Source: a virus (Duplodnaviria > Caudoviricetes). Taken from it: a DNA stretch of 54,276 nt. The translations under genes and the position numbers were made by a program. Each line of letters begins with the position of its first letter. Position 1 is the stretch's first letter. Of this stretch, positions 26,140 through 36,135 are shown piece after piece. The notes under the pieces are model-generated. The model was not told where the DNA came from. It did no database searches and saw nothing but the letters and a program-made list of their open reading frames with translations. Location of the stretch: the IMG/VR virus record IMGVR_UViG_3300048575_000513, positions 1 to 54,276 of that record. One strand, 5' to 3'.

Positions 26140-27231
26140 ATGCAAACAGAAACTTTAATAACAGGGCTATCGGATGCGATGGTCCAAAGCCGGATTAACA
26201 AAATAGATGTTAAGCCGTTTTATTACAACACACTTTTTCCGGTGAGGAAGATTAATTTCTTTCAATGGAAAACTTTAACCAATCAGCTTGGCGCGAAAAA
26301 CGTAGCTGCCGACCTGGCTGCAGATAACGCAAGCGTTATCCGTAAAAGAAGGCCAATCTTTCAGGTAGCGAGCGGTGATATTCCTTTGTTCACAATCAGT
26401 CGCGACTTGAAGCGTTCTGAAATTAAAGAATATCAAATCGCTGCTGAACTTGCAAAAGGCACTCCTGAAGCCAAAGAGTTGGTTGACTATTGGGGAAACG
26501 ATGTAGACTTTTGTTTCAATGGTGTGCAATCCAAGTTGGAGTACGTTGCATTGGCATTAGCTTCTAATGCCGGCGTGATAGCGTTTACCAACACGAACAA
26601 CGCAGCCGTAGCGACTGAAAACAATTTAGACTACGATGTAGATCCTTTGCAAAAAGAAACTGTTTCCGTTTCTTTCGCCAATCCAGCTACAGCTGATTTC
26701 ATTGGTACAGTTGCTAAGGCTGTTAAGACAGGTAAGGATAAGTTTAACTCAAACATTAAGTACGCCTACATATCTCTTGAAGAATTTTACCGCATTGCGG
26801 TAATGGATCAGGTTATTAAAGGGTGCGCATCTTTCGCAAATCTTGCACTTGACAATATGGCTACGCCTGATTTAGCGACTATTAACTCAATGTTGGCGCG
26901 TACAGCATGGACCAATGGCGTAAAACTCATTGTCGTAGATCAGACTATTACGCACGAATTAGCGGACGGATCTCAGGTTAGTGGCAATCCTTTTATAGAT
27001 CATCGTATGGTGTTTAGCGAATCTCCAATTCTAGGATCCACCCAATACAGCACATTGTTAAACGACAATGATAAGGTTTCGCTTCGCGCCACTCGCGGTC
27101 ATACCACTGTTAAGAAATACGGGCAAACTGAACCTTACAGCGAGGTAACACTTGCGGAAGCTGATGCGTTGCCTGTATTTGACACAGCGTACAAAAACAT
27201 TTATGTAAAAACAGACGCTACAAGCTGGTAG
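26140..27231 (+). CDS. Major capsid protein (lambda gpE-like)
   Basis: 363 aa; NTLFP, GDIP and ADALPV motifs; synteny. Confidence 0.8.
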   Translation: MQTETLITGLSDAMVQSRINKIDVKPFYYNTLFPVRKINFFQWKTLTNQLGAKNVAADLAADNASVIRKRRPIFQVASGDIPLFTISRDLKRSEIKEYQIAAELAKGTPEAKELVDYWGNDVDFCFNGVQSKLEYVALALASNAGVIAFTNTNNAAVATENNLDYDVDPLQKETVSVSFANPATADFIGTVAKAVKTGKDKFNSNIKYAYISLEEFYRIAVMDQVIKGCASFANLALDNMATPDLATINSMLARTAWTNGVKLIVVDQTITHELADGSQVSGNPFIDHRMVFSESPILGSTQYSTLLNDNDKVSLRATRGHTTVKKYGQTEPYSEVTLAEADALPVFDTAYKNIYVKTDATSW

Positions 27232-27232
27232 A

Positions 27233-27556
27233 ATGACCATCCAACAATCTTTAAAAAGCATTAACGCCTACCCTATTCCGCAATACACCATACAGGATAT
27301 AGCGGATGCCAGGAGTTTGGAGTTAACCGGTGAGGCCACAGCCGATGAGCGGAAGAAGGACGCTTATCGGCTGGCTAAAGCCGATGTACTCAAATGGCTT
27401 TCACAGGCTCCTAACATCTCCCAGGCGGGAATATCTTATTCCCTTACAGATGAAGAACGCAGGGGCATGAGAAAGCAGGCTAATGCTATATACGAGGATT
27501 GCGGGGAGGTCGATAGTTCTTTCACAAATTTTGGATATAAAGGCGAACTCTTTTAA
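27233..27556 (+). CDS. Head-tail adaptor (DUF6706-like)
   Basis: APNISQAGISYS; follows the major capsid gene. Confidence 0.65.
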   Translation: MTIQQSLKSINAYPIPQYTIQDIADARSLELTGEATADERKKDAYRLAKADVLKWLSQAPNISQAGISYSLTDEERRGMRKQANAIYEDCGEVDSSFTNFGYKGELF

Positions 27557-27558
27557 CT

Positions 27559-27876
27559 GTGATCTTAGTAAACGGCTATATCAAACCAAAGATTAAGACC
27601 GGCGGCGGTTTTGATGGAGATGGTAATCCGATTCCTTCAGGCTCAACCTGGGGCGATCCGATACCGTGTAGGCACAAGACGAATCGCAATAGTTTCAAAG
27701 GCAAAAGCAATGGTAATACGTTCATTGTGGCTGCTTATGAAATCTATATCGAACCGCAGCCGTTTGCCACGGAGCAAATACAGTTGTTCAATGAAGACGA
27801 TACCAAGATCGGAGAGTATTCTATCATGTGGGTTGAGGACCTGGACGCCGTTGAAGCAATTAAAATTACAGTGTAA
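27559..27876 (+). CDS. Head closure protein
   Basis: GGGFDGDGNP...WGDPIPC; synteny. Confidence 0.6.
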   Translation: MILVNGYIKPKIKTGGGFDGDGNPIPSGSTWGDPIPCRHKTNRNSFKGKSNGNTFIVAAYEIYIEPQPFATEQIQLFNEDDTKIGEYSIMWVEDLDAVEAIKITV

Positions 27877-28322
27877 TGCCTATTCAACAAGTAACCCCGA
27901 TGCAAGCCGTTGCCTCTTTTCTTGAAAAAGAAATTGAGAAAAAGGAAAAGGCGTTAATAAACGCCTTGGCTTACGTAGGCGAAAGTTGTTTGGCAGAGAT
28001 GCGTAGTAATTATAATTACCAGGATCAGACCGGTAACCTGACCAGCTCAAAAGGCTATGTACTGGCTGTAGACGGTAAGGTTATTAAAGCATCTTCATTT
28101 GACACAGTAAAATCAGGTGCACAGGGCGCCGCAACGGGTGAGGCCTTTTTGCGGCGCATAGCTGGGCAATTTCCGAGAGGAATTGTCTTAGTCGTTGGTG
28201 CAGGTATGAAATACGCATTCGAGCTTTCAGCCAAGGGTTATAACGTTATAGACAGCGCCGAGACAATGGCCGCCCGTTTGGTTCCTGTAATTCTTAAACA
28301 ACTTGGATTTGTAAAACGATGA
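27876..28322 (+). CDS. Neck/tail component (HK97 gp10-like)
   Basis: YQDQTGNLTSS and AGMKYA motifs. Confidence 0.7.
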   Translation: MPIQQVTPMQAVASFLEKEIEKKEKALINALAYVGESCLAEMRSNYNYQDQTGNLTSSKGYVLAVDGKVIKASSFDTVKSGAQGAATGEAFLRRIAGQFPRGIVLVVGAGMKYAFELSAKGYNVIDSAETMAARLVPVILKQLGFVKR

Positions 28323-28735
28323 ATAAGACCGGTCAACAAATTGAAGATGACATTTTCGGAATGGTGAAAACCGGTCCGCTGGCATCTCTTGTTAACGGTG
28401 TTGTTTACAAGTTTGGCACCAGGCCCAGGGATTCACAAAAGGAGGATATCATCGTAAAGTTTGTTGAAGGTTTTGACGGACAGATACAGGACGGAACGGT
28501 AGTAGTTAACATCTACGTTCCGAATGTTGATTCCTTTCCTAACGGTGTTTTTGTTCGCAATATAACCCGGCTCAAAGCTATCGAAATAGCTGCTGACGCC
28601 TGGGTCAGAACCTTGACAACCGGTGTTTCTGATTACCGCTTTAGGCTCTCTCATACCATTCAGACAGTGGAAGACTTCGACATCAATCAACACTTTGTAA
28701 CAATCAGATTAAAATTTCAATTATCAACTTTTTAA
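28319..28735 (+). CDS. Tail terminator/completion protein
   Basis: Synteny; VVVNIYVP motif. Confidence 0.6.
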   Translation: MNKTGQQIEDDIFGMVKTGPLASLVNGVVYKFGTRPRDSQKEDIIVKFVEGFDGQIQDGTVVVNIYVPNVDSFPNGVFVRNITRLKAIEIAADAWVRTLTTGVSDYRFRLSHTIQTVEDFDINQHFVTIRLKFQLSTF

Positions 28736-28747
28736 ATACTTACAATC

Positions 28748-29440
28748 ATGGCAGTATTATCATGGGGTAAACCCTATTTAGAATTTGGTGTATCCGTGGG
28801 AGGTGCGCAGGCCGCTTCTTTTACCGCAATGCCGACACCTAAAGAGCAGTCAACGCAGCTCACAACCACTAAGGGCGACAAGGTAGAAGCCAAAGAAGAA
28901 GGCGGCGCGGTAGTGGATTCAAAAACAAAAGCAGGCACATCGTCCCTGGTGTTCGACCTCTTTGTGAAAAAAGGGTTTGTAAAGCCCATACAAGACATTG
29001 ACGGCGTTGTGGCTGGTGATTATTCCATCCGCTTAACACCGGAAGATCCGGAAACAGAGGGCTTTGTTATGGACAACTGTTCCGTTTCTGTAGAGGACTT
29101 ATGGAGCGCTGAAGACGGTGGTACCGTGAGGTATACGTTTGATGGCAAAAAACCTGCATCGGGGGCCATTCGCAAACCTTACATCGCCGGACCTCTTGTT
29201 GTTACTCCTACATCCCTGTCATTTACCAGCGCAGCAGACGCTACCGGTAAAACTATCACCGCAACAGCTACAGGCACCGTAACGGCTACATCTGATAGCG
29301 GTTGGGCTACCGTTACTGTTGTGGGCGCAGTAGCTACCGTTAAGGTTACTGAAAATACAGGCGCATCCAGGACGGCAAATATTACTATCAATGCTGATGG
29401 TAAGACGAAAATCGTTGCTTGCACTCAGGCTGCGGCGTAA
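28748..29440 (+). CDS. Major tail tube protein with C-terminal BACON/Ig-like domain
   Basis: LSWGKP N-terminus; VTPTSLSF...SDSGW...NTGASRTANITI...TQAAA. Confidence 0.8.
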   Translation: MAVLSWGKPYLEFGVSVGGAQAASFTAMPTPKEQSTQLTTTKGDKVEAKEEGGAVVDSKTKAGTSSLVFDLFVKKGFVKPIQDIDGVVAGDYSIRLTPEDPETEGFVMDNCSVSVEDLWSAEDGGTVRYTFDGKKPASGAIRKPYIAGPLVVTPTSLSFTSAADATGKTITATATGTVTATSDSGWATVTVVGAVATVKVTENTGASRTANITINADGKTKIVACTQAAA

Positions 29441-29462
29441 TAACAACAATTAATTACTTAAC

Positions 29463-29495
29463 AAAAGCGGAACGGGTTAACCGCTCCGCTTTTTT
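29463..29495 (+). terminator. Intrinsic terminator after the tail tube gene
   Basis: AAAAGCGGA-ACGGGTTAACCGC-TCCGCTTTTTT. Confidence 0.65.
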
Positions 29496-29507
29496 ACTTT
29501 AAAAAGA

Positions 29508-30053
29508 ATGACAATAGAGAGCATAATCGCTGAGGCGGTACTACAGGATAGCATTAAAGTGATTGTAGGTGGTATTGAACACACAGTAGCGCAGCCTACT
29601 ACAGCGACATTAATTGAGGCGTCAAAACGTATTGCGGCTATCCCCGAGATGAGGGCCGGAAGCATGGATGAGATCTTCACGACTGTTCTACAAAATGCCA
29701 AAGATTGCGAGTACCTGGGAGATATCGCAGCCATTCTTATCCTTGGCAAAAAAAATCTTATCCAGGAAACAACGGAAACGATAGTCGAGAAAAAATACTT
29801 CGGTCTCCTTACTAAAGAGAGGCAGGTTAAAAAGGTTGTTGATCGCAAAGCGGAGTTGTCTGAGTTTCTTTTAAACAATTACGATCCGGAGCATTTGAAT
29901 AATCTCATCGTGGAGATATTTAGGCAAATGAAGATGGATTTTTTTTTCTCCATTACCACTTTCCTAAGCGAAATAAATCTGCTGAAAAAGACGAAGAGCG
30001 AAACGATAGCATCTGGGCAACCATCGCCGGAGTTGTCAAAGAGTACGGAGTAA
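29508..30053 (+). CDS. Tail assembly chaperone (gpG-like)
   Basis: Lies between the tail tube and TMP genes. Confidence 0.75.
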   Translation: MTIESIIAEAVLQDSIKVIVGGIEHTVAQPTTATLIEASKRIAAIPEMRAGSMDEIFTTVLQNAKDCEYLGDIAAILILGKKNLIQETTETIVEKKYFGLLTKERQVKKVVDRKAELSEFLLNNYDPEHLNNLIVEIFRQMKMDFFFSITTFLSEINLLKKTKSETIASGQPSPELSKSTE

Positions 30054-30229
30054 CATTTGATTACGTGCTCCATGAAATGACATGGACGAATCTAATGATG
30101 TACAACTCTGTCAGGCCGTCCTATGATTTTGATAAAAAAGAAGACGGCAAAACTAAAAGTGAGGAAGTAATAAAAGCGGACGATCCGGCAAACCGGAATG
30201 CTGTACGTAAAATCTTATTTGACGAATAA
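30002..30229 (+). CDS. -1 frame extension of the tail chaperone (gpGT-like)
   Basis: Open -1 frame NDSIWATIAG...WTNLMMYNSVRPSY...KILFDE; its TAA overlaps the TMP ATG. Confidence 0.65.
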   Translation, partial: NDSIWATIAGVVKEYGVTFDYVLHEMTWTNLMMYNSVRPSYDFDKKEDGKTKSEEVIKADDPANRNAVRKILFDE

Positions 30230-33200
30230 TGAACAACGATAACGGAAGCATAAGTTATGTTATACGGCTCTTGAACGATCAGCTACGAAGAGATGCGGAT
30301 CAAAGCCTAAATACTATTCGCAATATCGGCAGGGGTGTTGAAAAAGAGGGTAACCGAATGGACGCCGTATTTAAAAAGCTCTCTGCGAGTATTGCCGTGT
30401 TCTTTACTGCACAACAGGCAACGCGGCTGATCAGCACTATAGCCCGTGTTCGGGGTGAGTTCCAGCAGTTAGATATCGCTCTTTCCACAATGCTGCAAAG
30501 CAGGGAGAAGGCAAATGTTTTAATGAATGAAATCGTTCAGCTTGCAGCGAAGACTCCTTTCTCTTTAAAAGATGCGGCCCAGGGAGCAAAGCAGTTACTT
30601 GCTTATGGATCTACCGCAGAGACCGTTATTTCTGAATTAAGAATGATCGGAGATGTCGCCTCCGGCGTTTCTGTGCCTTTGGGCGATCTTGTTTATCTGT
30701 ACGGAACATTGAGAACTCAGGGGCGGGCCTACGCTATGGACATACGCCAATTTGCCGGACGCGGTATTCCTATTTACACCGAGCTGGCAAAAGTAATGGG
30801 TGTGGCTAAAGATCAGGTAGCCGGACTTGTTGAGGCCGGTAAGGTCGGATTTCCTCAAGTTGAAAAGGCCTTCAAAAATATGACCTCCCAGGGCGGTATG
30901 TTCTTCAACCTTATGGAAAAACAGTCTGCTTCACTTACTGGTCAGATCGAAAGGCTGAGAGACAACATTGATATAATGTTCAATGAAATTGGACAGTCGA
31001 ATCAGGGAATATTTAATGGTGCTATTCAGAGCGCAGCCTACCTGGTTGAGCATTATAAAGAAATCGCGAAGATAACAGGCGTTCTTATAGCTACGTACGG
31101 TTCTTATAAAGTAGCAGTTGCGCTTGTTGCTGCAGGAGAAGCCGCAAGGGCTAAAACTTTAGGCGCTAACGCGGCGCTACTTGGGCAGAGTGTAAAGGAT
31201 GAGTTATTAGCGACTCAGCTTATAAGGGATAAGGCAATAGCGTTACAGCAGGAGGCTATTGCTGAAGCTAATACAACGAAAGCGAAATATCAAAGTCTGC
31301 AGGCTGAGGTGGCTCAGGCGAGTGCTCGCAGGGCAAATATGCTTCTTGTAAGAAGACAGGCTATTGATAACGCTCAATTAGCTGCAAGCAACCTTGCTAC
31401 GGCTCAATCAGAATTGGCAGCAATAACGACTACCGGTACTGCAAGGCAAATAGCAACGGCGCAAAGAAAGGTTGATATTGCTGTTAAAAAGCTGGATGCG
31501 GCGCAAAATCAAGTTAATGTGGCTAGCCAAAATGCTTTAGCGGCCTCACAGGATTTTAGCACAAAAAAAACACAGCTACAAACCACAGCGACAGCGGTTA
31601 ACACATCAATGAAGCGAGTGGCGGTAACCACTAATGCAGCAATGGCGGCCAGTGAAAATGCAGCGACAGCAGCGTCTGCCAGGTTAACATTGGCGCAGCA
31701 TGCACAGGCGTTATCTGCAAGAATATCGGCGGGCGCACAGGCGCTTTTAAATGCAACAATGTTGTCTAACCCGATAGTTGCCACTATAGCTATTGTAGGC
31801 GGTTTGGTTGCCGCTTATTTTGCGTTACGTGATACTACGACTGCTGCTGAAAGAGCGCAAGAGCGGTTGTCTAATTCGTTAAAAGATATTATAGATCGTG
31901 CGAATGAACTAAAGAACAAAACCAGCGAATTAACAAACATTATTAATGATAGTACACAGCCATACCAGGAGCAGATTTTAAGGTATAAGGAACTTCAGAA
32001 TCTTTACCCTGACCGCTTAAAAAACCTTTCGCTTGAAGAATTTAAGTTAAAGTCAGCCGCGCAGCAGCAGCGGGAGCTGAATGCTGCTGCAAGTGATTAT
32101 AAAGCCGCTGATATTAAAAAAGAGTACGAGGATGCCTTGCGCTCCATTAGCGCTCTTCAAAAAAAGCATGATGAAATTATTGTTTTAGAAGCATCTGACA
32201 TTGCCTTAAGAAGAGCTATTACAAAAGAAATTGAAACACAGCAGGAATTGGCTGGCAGACTCAGGATAGAGGTTGAAAAACAAGAAGAAGCGGCTAAGAT
32301 TGCTGCAATGACTGAGGTTCAGCGCCTGGAATATTATAAGCAACAAAGAGCGGAGCTGGAAAAACAGCTCAAATGGCATGAATCTCTTTACGGTCAATTA
32401 GTAAGAGCGGATAATGGCACAATCGAGATAAAAGATAACATTAACGCATGGAGTGCACTAACTTTAATTAATCAGCTAAATAGTGTAATTGGCCAGATAA
32501 ACACCATTAATGGGTTGCTTGGACCGGGCGGTAAACCTATACGTACCGTAAACACCATTGACGATGATATTAAAAAACTGAAAGACGAACGGGATCAAAA
32601 TTCAGCTACTGCAAAACAATACCGGGAATACACCGTAAAAATTAAAAAGCTTGAAGAAGAGCGCCGTGCCATCACCGGAGAGGTTGACAAAAAAGCTTTA
32701 GCGGCTGGGAAGAAAGCCGAATCAGAGCGTGAAAAGCTGGCTAAAAAACAAAAGGAGTTAATCGAAGATCTAACCGATGCTGAGCGCAAAGCCACCATTG
32801 ACCGGATGATCGAAGGCGAAAAGCAGGTAGCTGAAATAAAAGCCAGGTATGATAAAATGCGTGAAGCGCTAAGGGATGGCAAAATCACCGATCAAAAACA
32901 GTTCGCTCGTATTGATTCGCTGGAACAGGCCGATACTGATGATTACTGGTATAACCAGCAGACAGAGCACATTAAAGATCATCTTTCCGATCAGAAAAAG
33001 CTTTATGATAAGTTTGAGGATTATAAAGCAGAGTACGGCACCGAAGCAGCAAAGCGTGAGTTTGCTGCTAAAATAGATGTAGAAAAAGACTATTACCAAT
33101 ATGTACGGAAGCTGTATAATGATTTTGAGTTAACCCAAGATGGCAAAGAATCTACTGCTGCCACTATGGGGCGAAGATTGATGCTTCAGGGCGAAATAGC

Positions 33201-35322
33201 TACAGGTAAAGACGATTCACAACAAAGGATTGAACAAAAAATAGAAGCCGAAAGGCAGGCATATAAACAAATACTCGATGAGGCGGGAGGATATTATTAC
33301 AAGGCCCAGCAGCTCGGTAAAACTCATAATGCACAATTGCGTGCATTAGAGCGCGACCGTACTAATATCGGAGAAGAAGAATACCGGCGGAGGTTACAAC
33401 TGTTGCAAAAAACCTACAATACTGAACTTAAAAAGCTGCAAATTGACGAATCCCCCATCTTTAAAAAGTTAAGTAAGGATATTACCGAGCTAACGAAAGA
33501 GGATGTCGGAACGATGATTAATGAACTTACAGAAATCGTTCGTTCTGGCAAAATGAAAAATGGAGTGGGTGAATTGATTGACATACCCCCGGAAATTCTT
33601 GCGCGGTTAAACGATGCTAAAGGTCAGCTAAAAAGCTTACAGGATGCCATAATCCAGATAAAGATCGAATCATCCGACATGGGACGTGTCGCTAAGGTTG
33701 TGGGAGATGTTGGACAGGCTCTATCAGCATTGGGGCAAGGATTCAGTAATGGCGGCAATGATGAGGTCGGGCAAATTCTGAACAATATGGGGCAATTCCT
33801 GCAAAATGTTCAGCAGGCTTACATGCAAATTGCCAATGTGGTCGAGAAGGTTAAATCGGCAATGAAGGCCGCAGTTGACGGAAGTACCGCAATTTCAAAA
33901 GTTCTTGATTCAAAGGACTGGATAGGCCTCATTGTTTCTTTAATTAATGTTATTTCTCAATTTTTTGGGCAGGCAGCCAGATACCGTCAAGCACTCGAAA
34001 ATGCAACCCGTGAGCTTAACGACAGGAATGCAGAGGTTTATCTTGGAGAGTTCAAAATTACAGAAGAGTTAAGGGAACAAAACAGATTGCAGCTTGAAAA
34101 TATAGAGCTAACTAAAGAGCGGATAAAAGCCACCGAAGAATTAGCTAAGGCGCAGAAATCTGAAATACAGAAAGAAGCGGATAGGCTTTTAGAAGAGATT
34201 CAAGCGAAGGGAGAGTATGTAACCGGGAGCTACATTGATAATCCTAACGGCTGGCAAAAGTTTTGGGGAAAGAAACCCGTAACACACAAGGAGTACGGTA
34301 GTGTTCAATTTTATAATCAATCCGATATACTTAATGAACTTAAAAGCATAGGGTATGACCGCGATGGAATATTTAAGGACATATTTAAGAGATATGGATT
34401 AGGCGATAAGGTGTCGGCAGGAATGTTGCGCGATTTTCTTAGTGAAGGGCTTTTTGGAGACACTAAATCAAGTTCATATAAAGCAGTAGAGGGAATACTT
34501 AATAAGCTTGATGCTCAAGGAAAAAAAACTACGCTAACTTTTAAAGAGTTAAAGGACCTTGACGCATCTGGGCTTCTTGAAGGTGGAACAAAACAGATGT
34601 ACGATAGACTTGTAGAGTTAGAGAGGCAGGGGGCAGATATTGATAAGATTCTTAAAGAAAATGCAGAGGCGTGGAATGAAATATTAACAGGCACTACATC
34701 CTCATCCATAACCGACAGCATTGTCGAAGGTTTTAAGAACGGAAAACGCGCAGCCGCTGACTTTGCAGACGATTGGGAGGGCATGATGCGGGACGCGATG
34801 CTCAACTCGTTAAAGTACGACTACCTGGAAGCTCCTATTCAAGCATTCTATGAAGACTTTGCCGCCGCCGCAAGCGATGGGCTTTCGCAGGACGAAATCG
34901 CCGCCCTAAAGCAGAAGTACAACGACATTATTACCAACGCTGCCGCTACTGCAGAGAATATGGAAAAAATAACCGGGATAAGCTTGTCTGAAGGCAGTGA
35001 GGCCACCCGTGAAGCCTCTCAGAAAGGCTTTGCCTCCATGTCCCAGGACAGCGCTAACGAGCTAAATGGACGCTTCACTGTCATCCAGGGCCACACATAT
35101 CAAATGAACGAGTCTCTAAAACTCATGTCTCCATTAATTGAATACGCGGCCAGCATCAGTAGCAACATGGCTATACTAAAGGTTGATTCAGCCGCAGCGC
35201 TCAGGCATCTTTCCGGAATAGAAACCAATACAGCCAGGTTACAGGCAATTGAAAGCGACATGCGCGCGGTGAAGACCGGTATAGATGATATCAATTTAAA
35301 AGGCATTAAAATTAAAACGTAA
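30229..35322 (+). CDS. Tape measure protein
   Basis: 1697 aa, helical; AAKTPF...AKQLLAYG...RQFAGRGIPI tape-measure domain. Confidence 0.93.
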   Translation: MNNDNGSISYVIRLLNDQLRRDADQSLNTIRNIGRGVEKEGNRMDAVFKKLSASIAVFFTAQQATRLISTIARVRGEFQQLDIALSTMLQSREKANVLMNEIVQLAAKTPFSLKDAAQGAKQLLAYGSTAETVISELRMIGDVASGVSVPLGDLVYLYGTLRTQGRAYAMDIRQFAGRGIPIYTELAKVMGVAKDQVAGLVEAGKVGFPQVEKAFKNMTSQGGMFFNLMEKQSASLTGQIERLRDNIDIMFNEIGQSNQGIFNGAIQSAAYLVEHYKEIAKITGVLIATYGSYKVAVALVAAGEAARAKTLGANAALLGQSVKDELLATQLIRDKAIALQQEAIAEANTTKAKYQSLQAEVAQASARRANMLLVRRQAIDNAQLAASNLATAQSELAAITTTGTARQIATAQRKVDIAVKKLDAAQNQVNVASQNALAASQDFSTKKTQLQTTATAVNTSMKRVAVTTNAAMAASENAATAASARLTLAQHAQALSARISAGAQALLNATMLSNPIVATIAIVGGLVAAYFALRDTTTAAERAQERLSNSLKDIIDRANELKNKTSELTNIINDSTQPYQEQILRYKELQNLYPDRLKNLSLEEFKLKSAAQQQRELNAAASDYKAADIKKEYEDALRSISALQKKHDEIIVLEASDIALRRAITKEIETQQELAGRLRIEVEKQEEAAKIAAMTEVQRLEYYKQQRAELEKQLKWHESLYGQLVRADNGTIEIKDNINAWSALTLINQLNSVIGQINTINGLLGPGGKPIRTVNTIDDDIKKLKDERDQNSATAKQYREYTVKIKKLEEERRAITGEVDKKALAAGKKAESEREKLAKKQKELIEDLTDAERKATIDRMIEGEKQVAEIKARYDKMREALRDGKITDQKQFARIDSLEQADTDDYWYNQQTEHIKDHLSDQKKLYDKFEDYKAEYGTEAAKREFAAKIDVEKDYYQYVRKLYNDFELTQDGKESTAATMGRRLMLQGEIATGKDDSQQRIEQKIEAERQAYKQILDEAGGYYYKAQQLGKTHNAQLRALERDRTNIGEEEYRRRLQLLQKTYNTELKKLQIDESPIFKKLSKDITELTKEDVGTMINELTEIVRSGKMKNGVGELIDIPPEILARLNDAKGQLKSLQDAIIQIKIESSDMGRVAKVVGDVGQALSALGQGFSNGGNDEVGQILNNMGQFLQNVQQAYMQIANVVEKVKSAMKAAVDGSTAISKVLDSKDWIGLIVSLINVISQFFGQAARYRQALENATRELNDRNAEVYLGEFKITEELREQNRLQLENIELTKERIKATEELAKAQKSEIQKEADRLLEEIQAKGEYVTGSYIDNPNGWQKFWGKKPVTHKEYGSVQFYNQSDILNELKSIGYDRDGIFKDIFKRYGLGDKVSAGMLRDFLSEGLFGDTKSSSYKAVEGILNKLDAQGKKTTLTFKELKDLDASGLLEGGTKQMYDRLVELERQGADIDKILKENAEAWNEILTGTTSSSITDSIVEGFKNGKRAAADFADDWEGMMRDAMLNSLKYDYLEAPIQAFYEDFAAAASDGLSQDEIAALKQKYNDIITNAAATAENMEKITGISLSEGSEATREASQKGFASMSQDSANELNGRFTVIQGHTYQMNESLKLMSPLIEYAASISSNMAILKVDSAAALRHLSGIETNTARLQAIESDMRAVKTGIDDINLKGIKIKT

Positions 35323-36134
35323 TGACTGGAAGGTTAATAATCGATGGTCAGGACGCTTTTTCTACGTATGGAGCTTATGTAACCTTCGGGGGTTATAACG
35401 AACTCATCTCCTACCCCGCCTTAAAGGACGTGGATGCCAACGATTGGCCTGATCAGCACGGCCTTGATCCGGACCTGTCTAATCCTGTTCTGAATCTTAA
35501 AGAGTCCTCCATATCATTTGCCAACCGTGGCCCGGCATCCGGATTTCATGCGTTCTTGTCTGCTATTACCGATGAGGCGTATCATACGTTCAATCTCGCC
35601 TCCATACAACGGTCTTTTTCGTTGAGGTATGTAGGTTGTTCAAGCTACGACGTACACGACGGACTAGGCCTATTTGCGCTAAAAATGGCCGATGATTTTC
35701 CGCTCGATGGTTATACATATGCCGCACCATCCGACGGCATCGCCCACGCTTCAAATTTTTCCCTGGACGGAATACCTTTTGCAAATTACGGAATCACGCC
35801 GCTACAGGGCTGCATGTCAGAGGTACTAAAGGCACGGGACGCAAAAGAAAACCTCTTAATTAATCCCGGGACTGTTCCCGGCGTTATCTATGACGGCCAG
35901 GAGGTTTACTTCAAAAGCAAAGAGGTAAGGTTAAATCTTCTTATCCGGGCCAATACTTTAGCAAACCTGTGGCGGAACTATGACGCATTCCTGTATGATC
36001 TTATCAGGCCTAATAAGCGCACATTAACGGTTGATGGCTCTGATTATGATTGCTATTACAAAAACGCCAACGTTGATGTTTTCTTTCCGGCTCACAACTG
36101 GATAAAGTTTTCCATAACCCTTGAATTTATTTAA
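35322..36134 (+). CDS. Distal tail (Dit-like) protein
   Basis: Follows TMP; internally duplicated IDG...YG segments. Confidence 0.6.
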   Translation: MTGRLIIDGQDAFSTYGAYVTFGGYNELISYPALKDVDANDWPDQHGLDPDLSNPVLNLKESSISFANRGPASGFHAFLSAITDEAYHTFNLASIQRSFSLRYVGCSSYDVHDGLGLFALKMADDFPLDGYTYAAPSDGIAHASNFSLDGIPFANYGITPLQGCMSEVLKARDAKENLLINPGTVPGVIYDGQEVYFKSKEVRLNLLIRANTLANLWRNYDAFLYDLIRPNKRTLTVDGSDYDCYYKNANVDVFFPAHNWIKFSITLEFI

Positions 36135-36135
36135 G

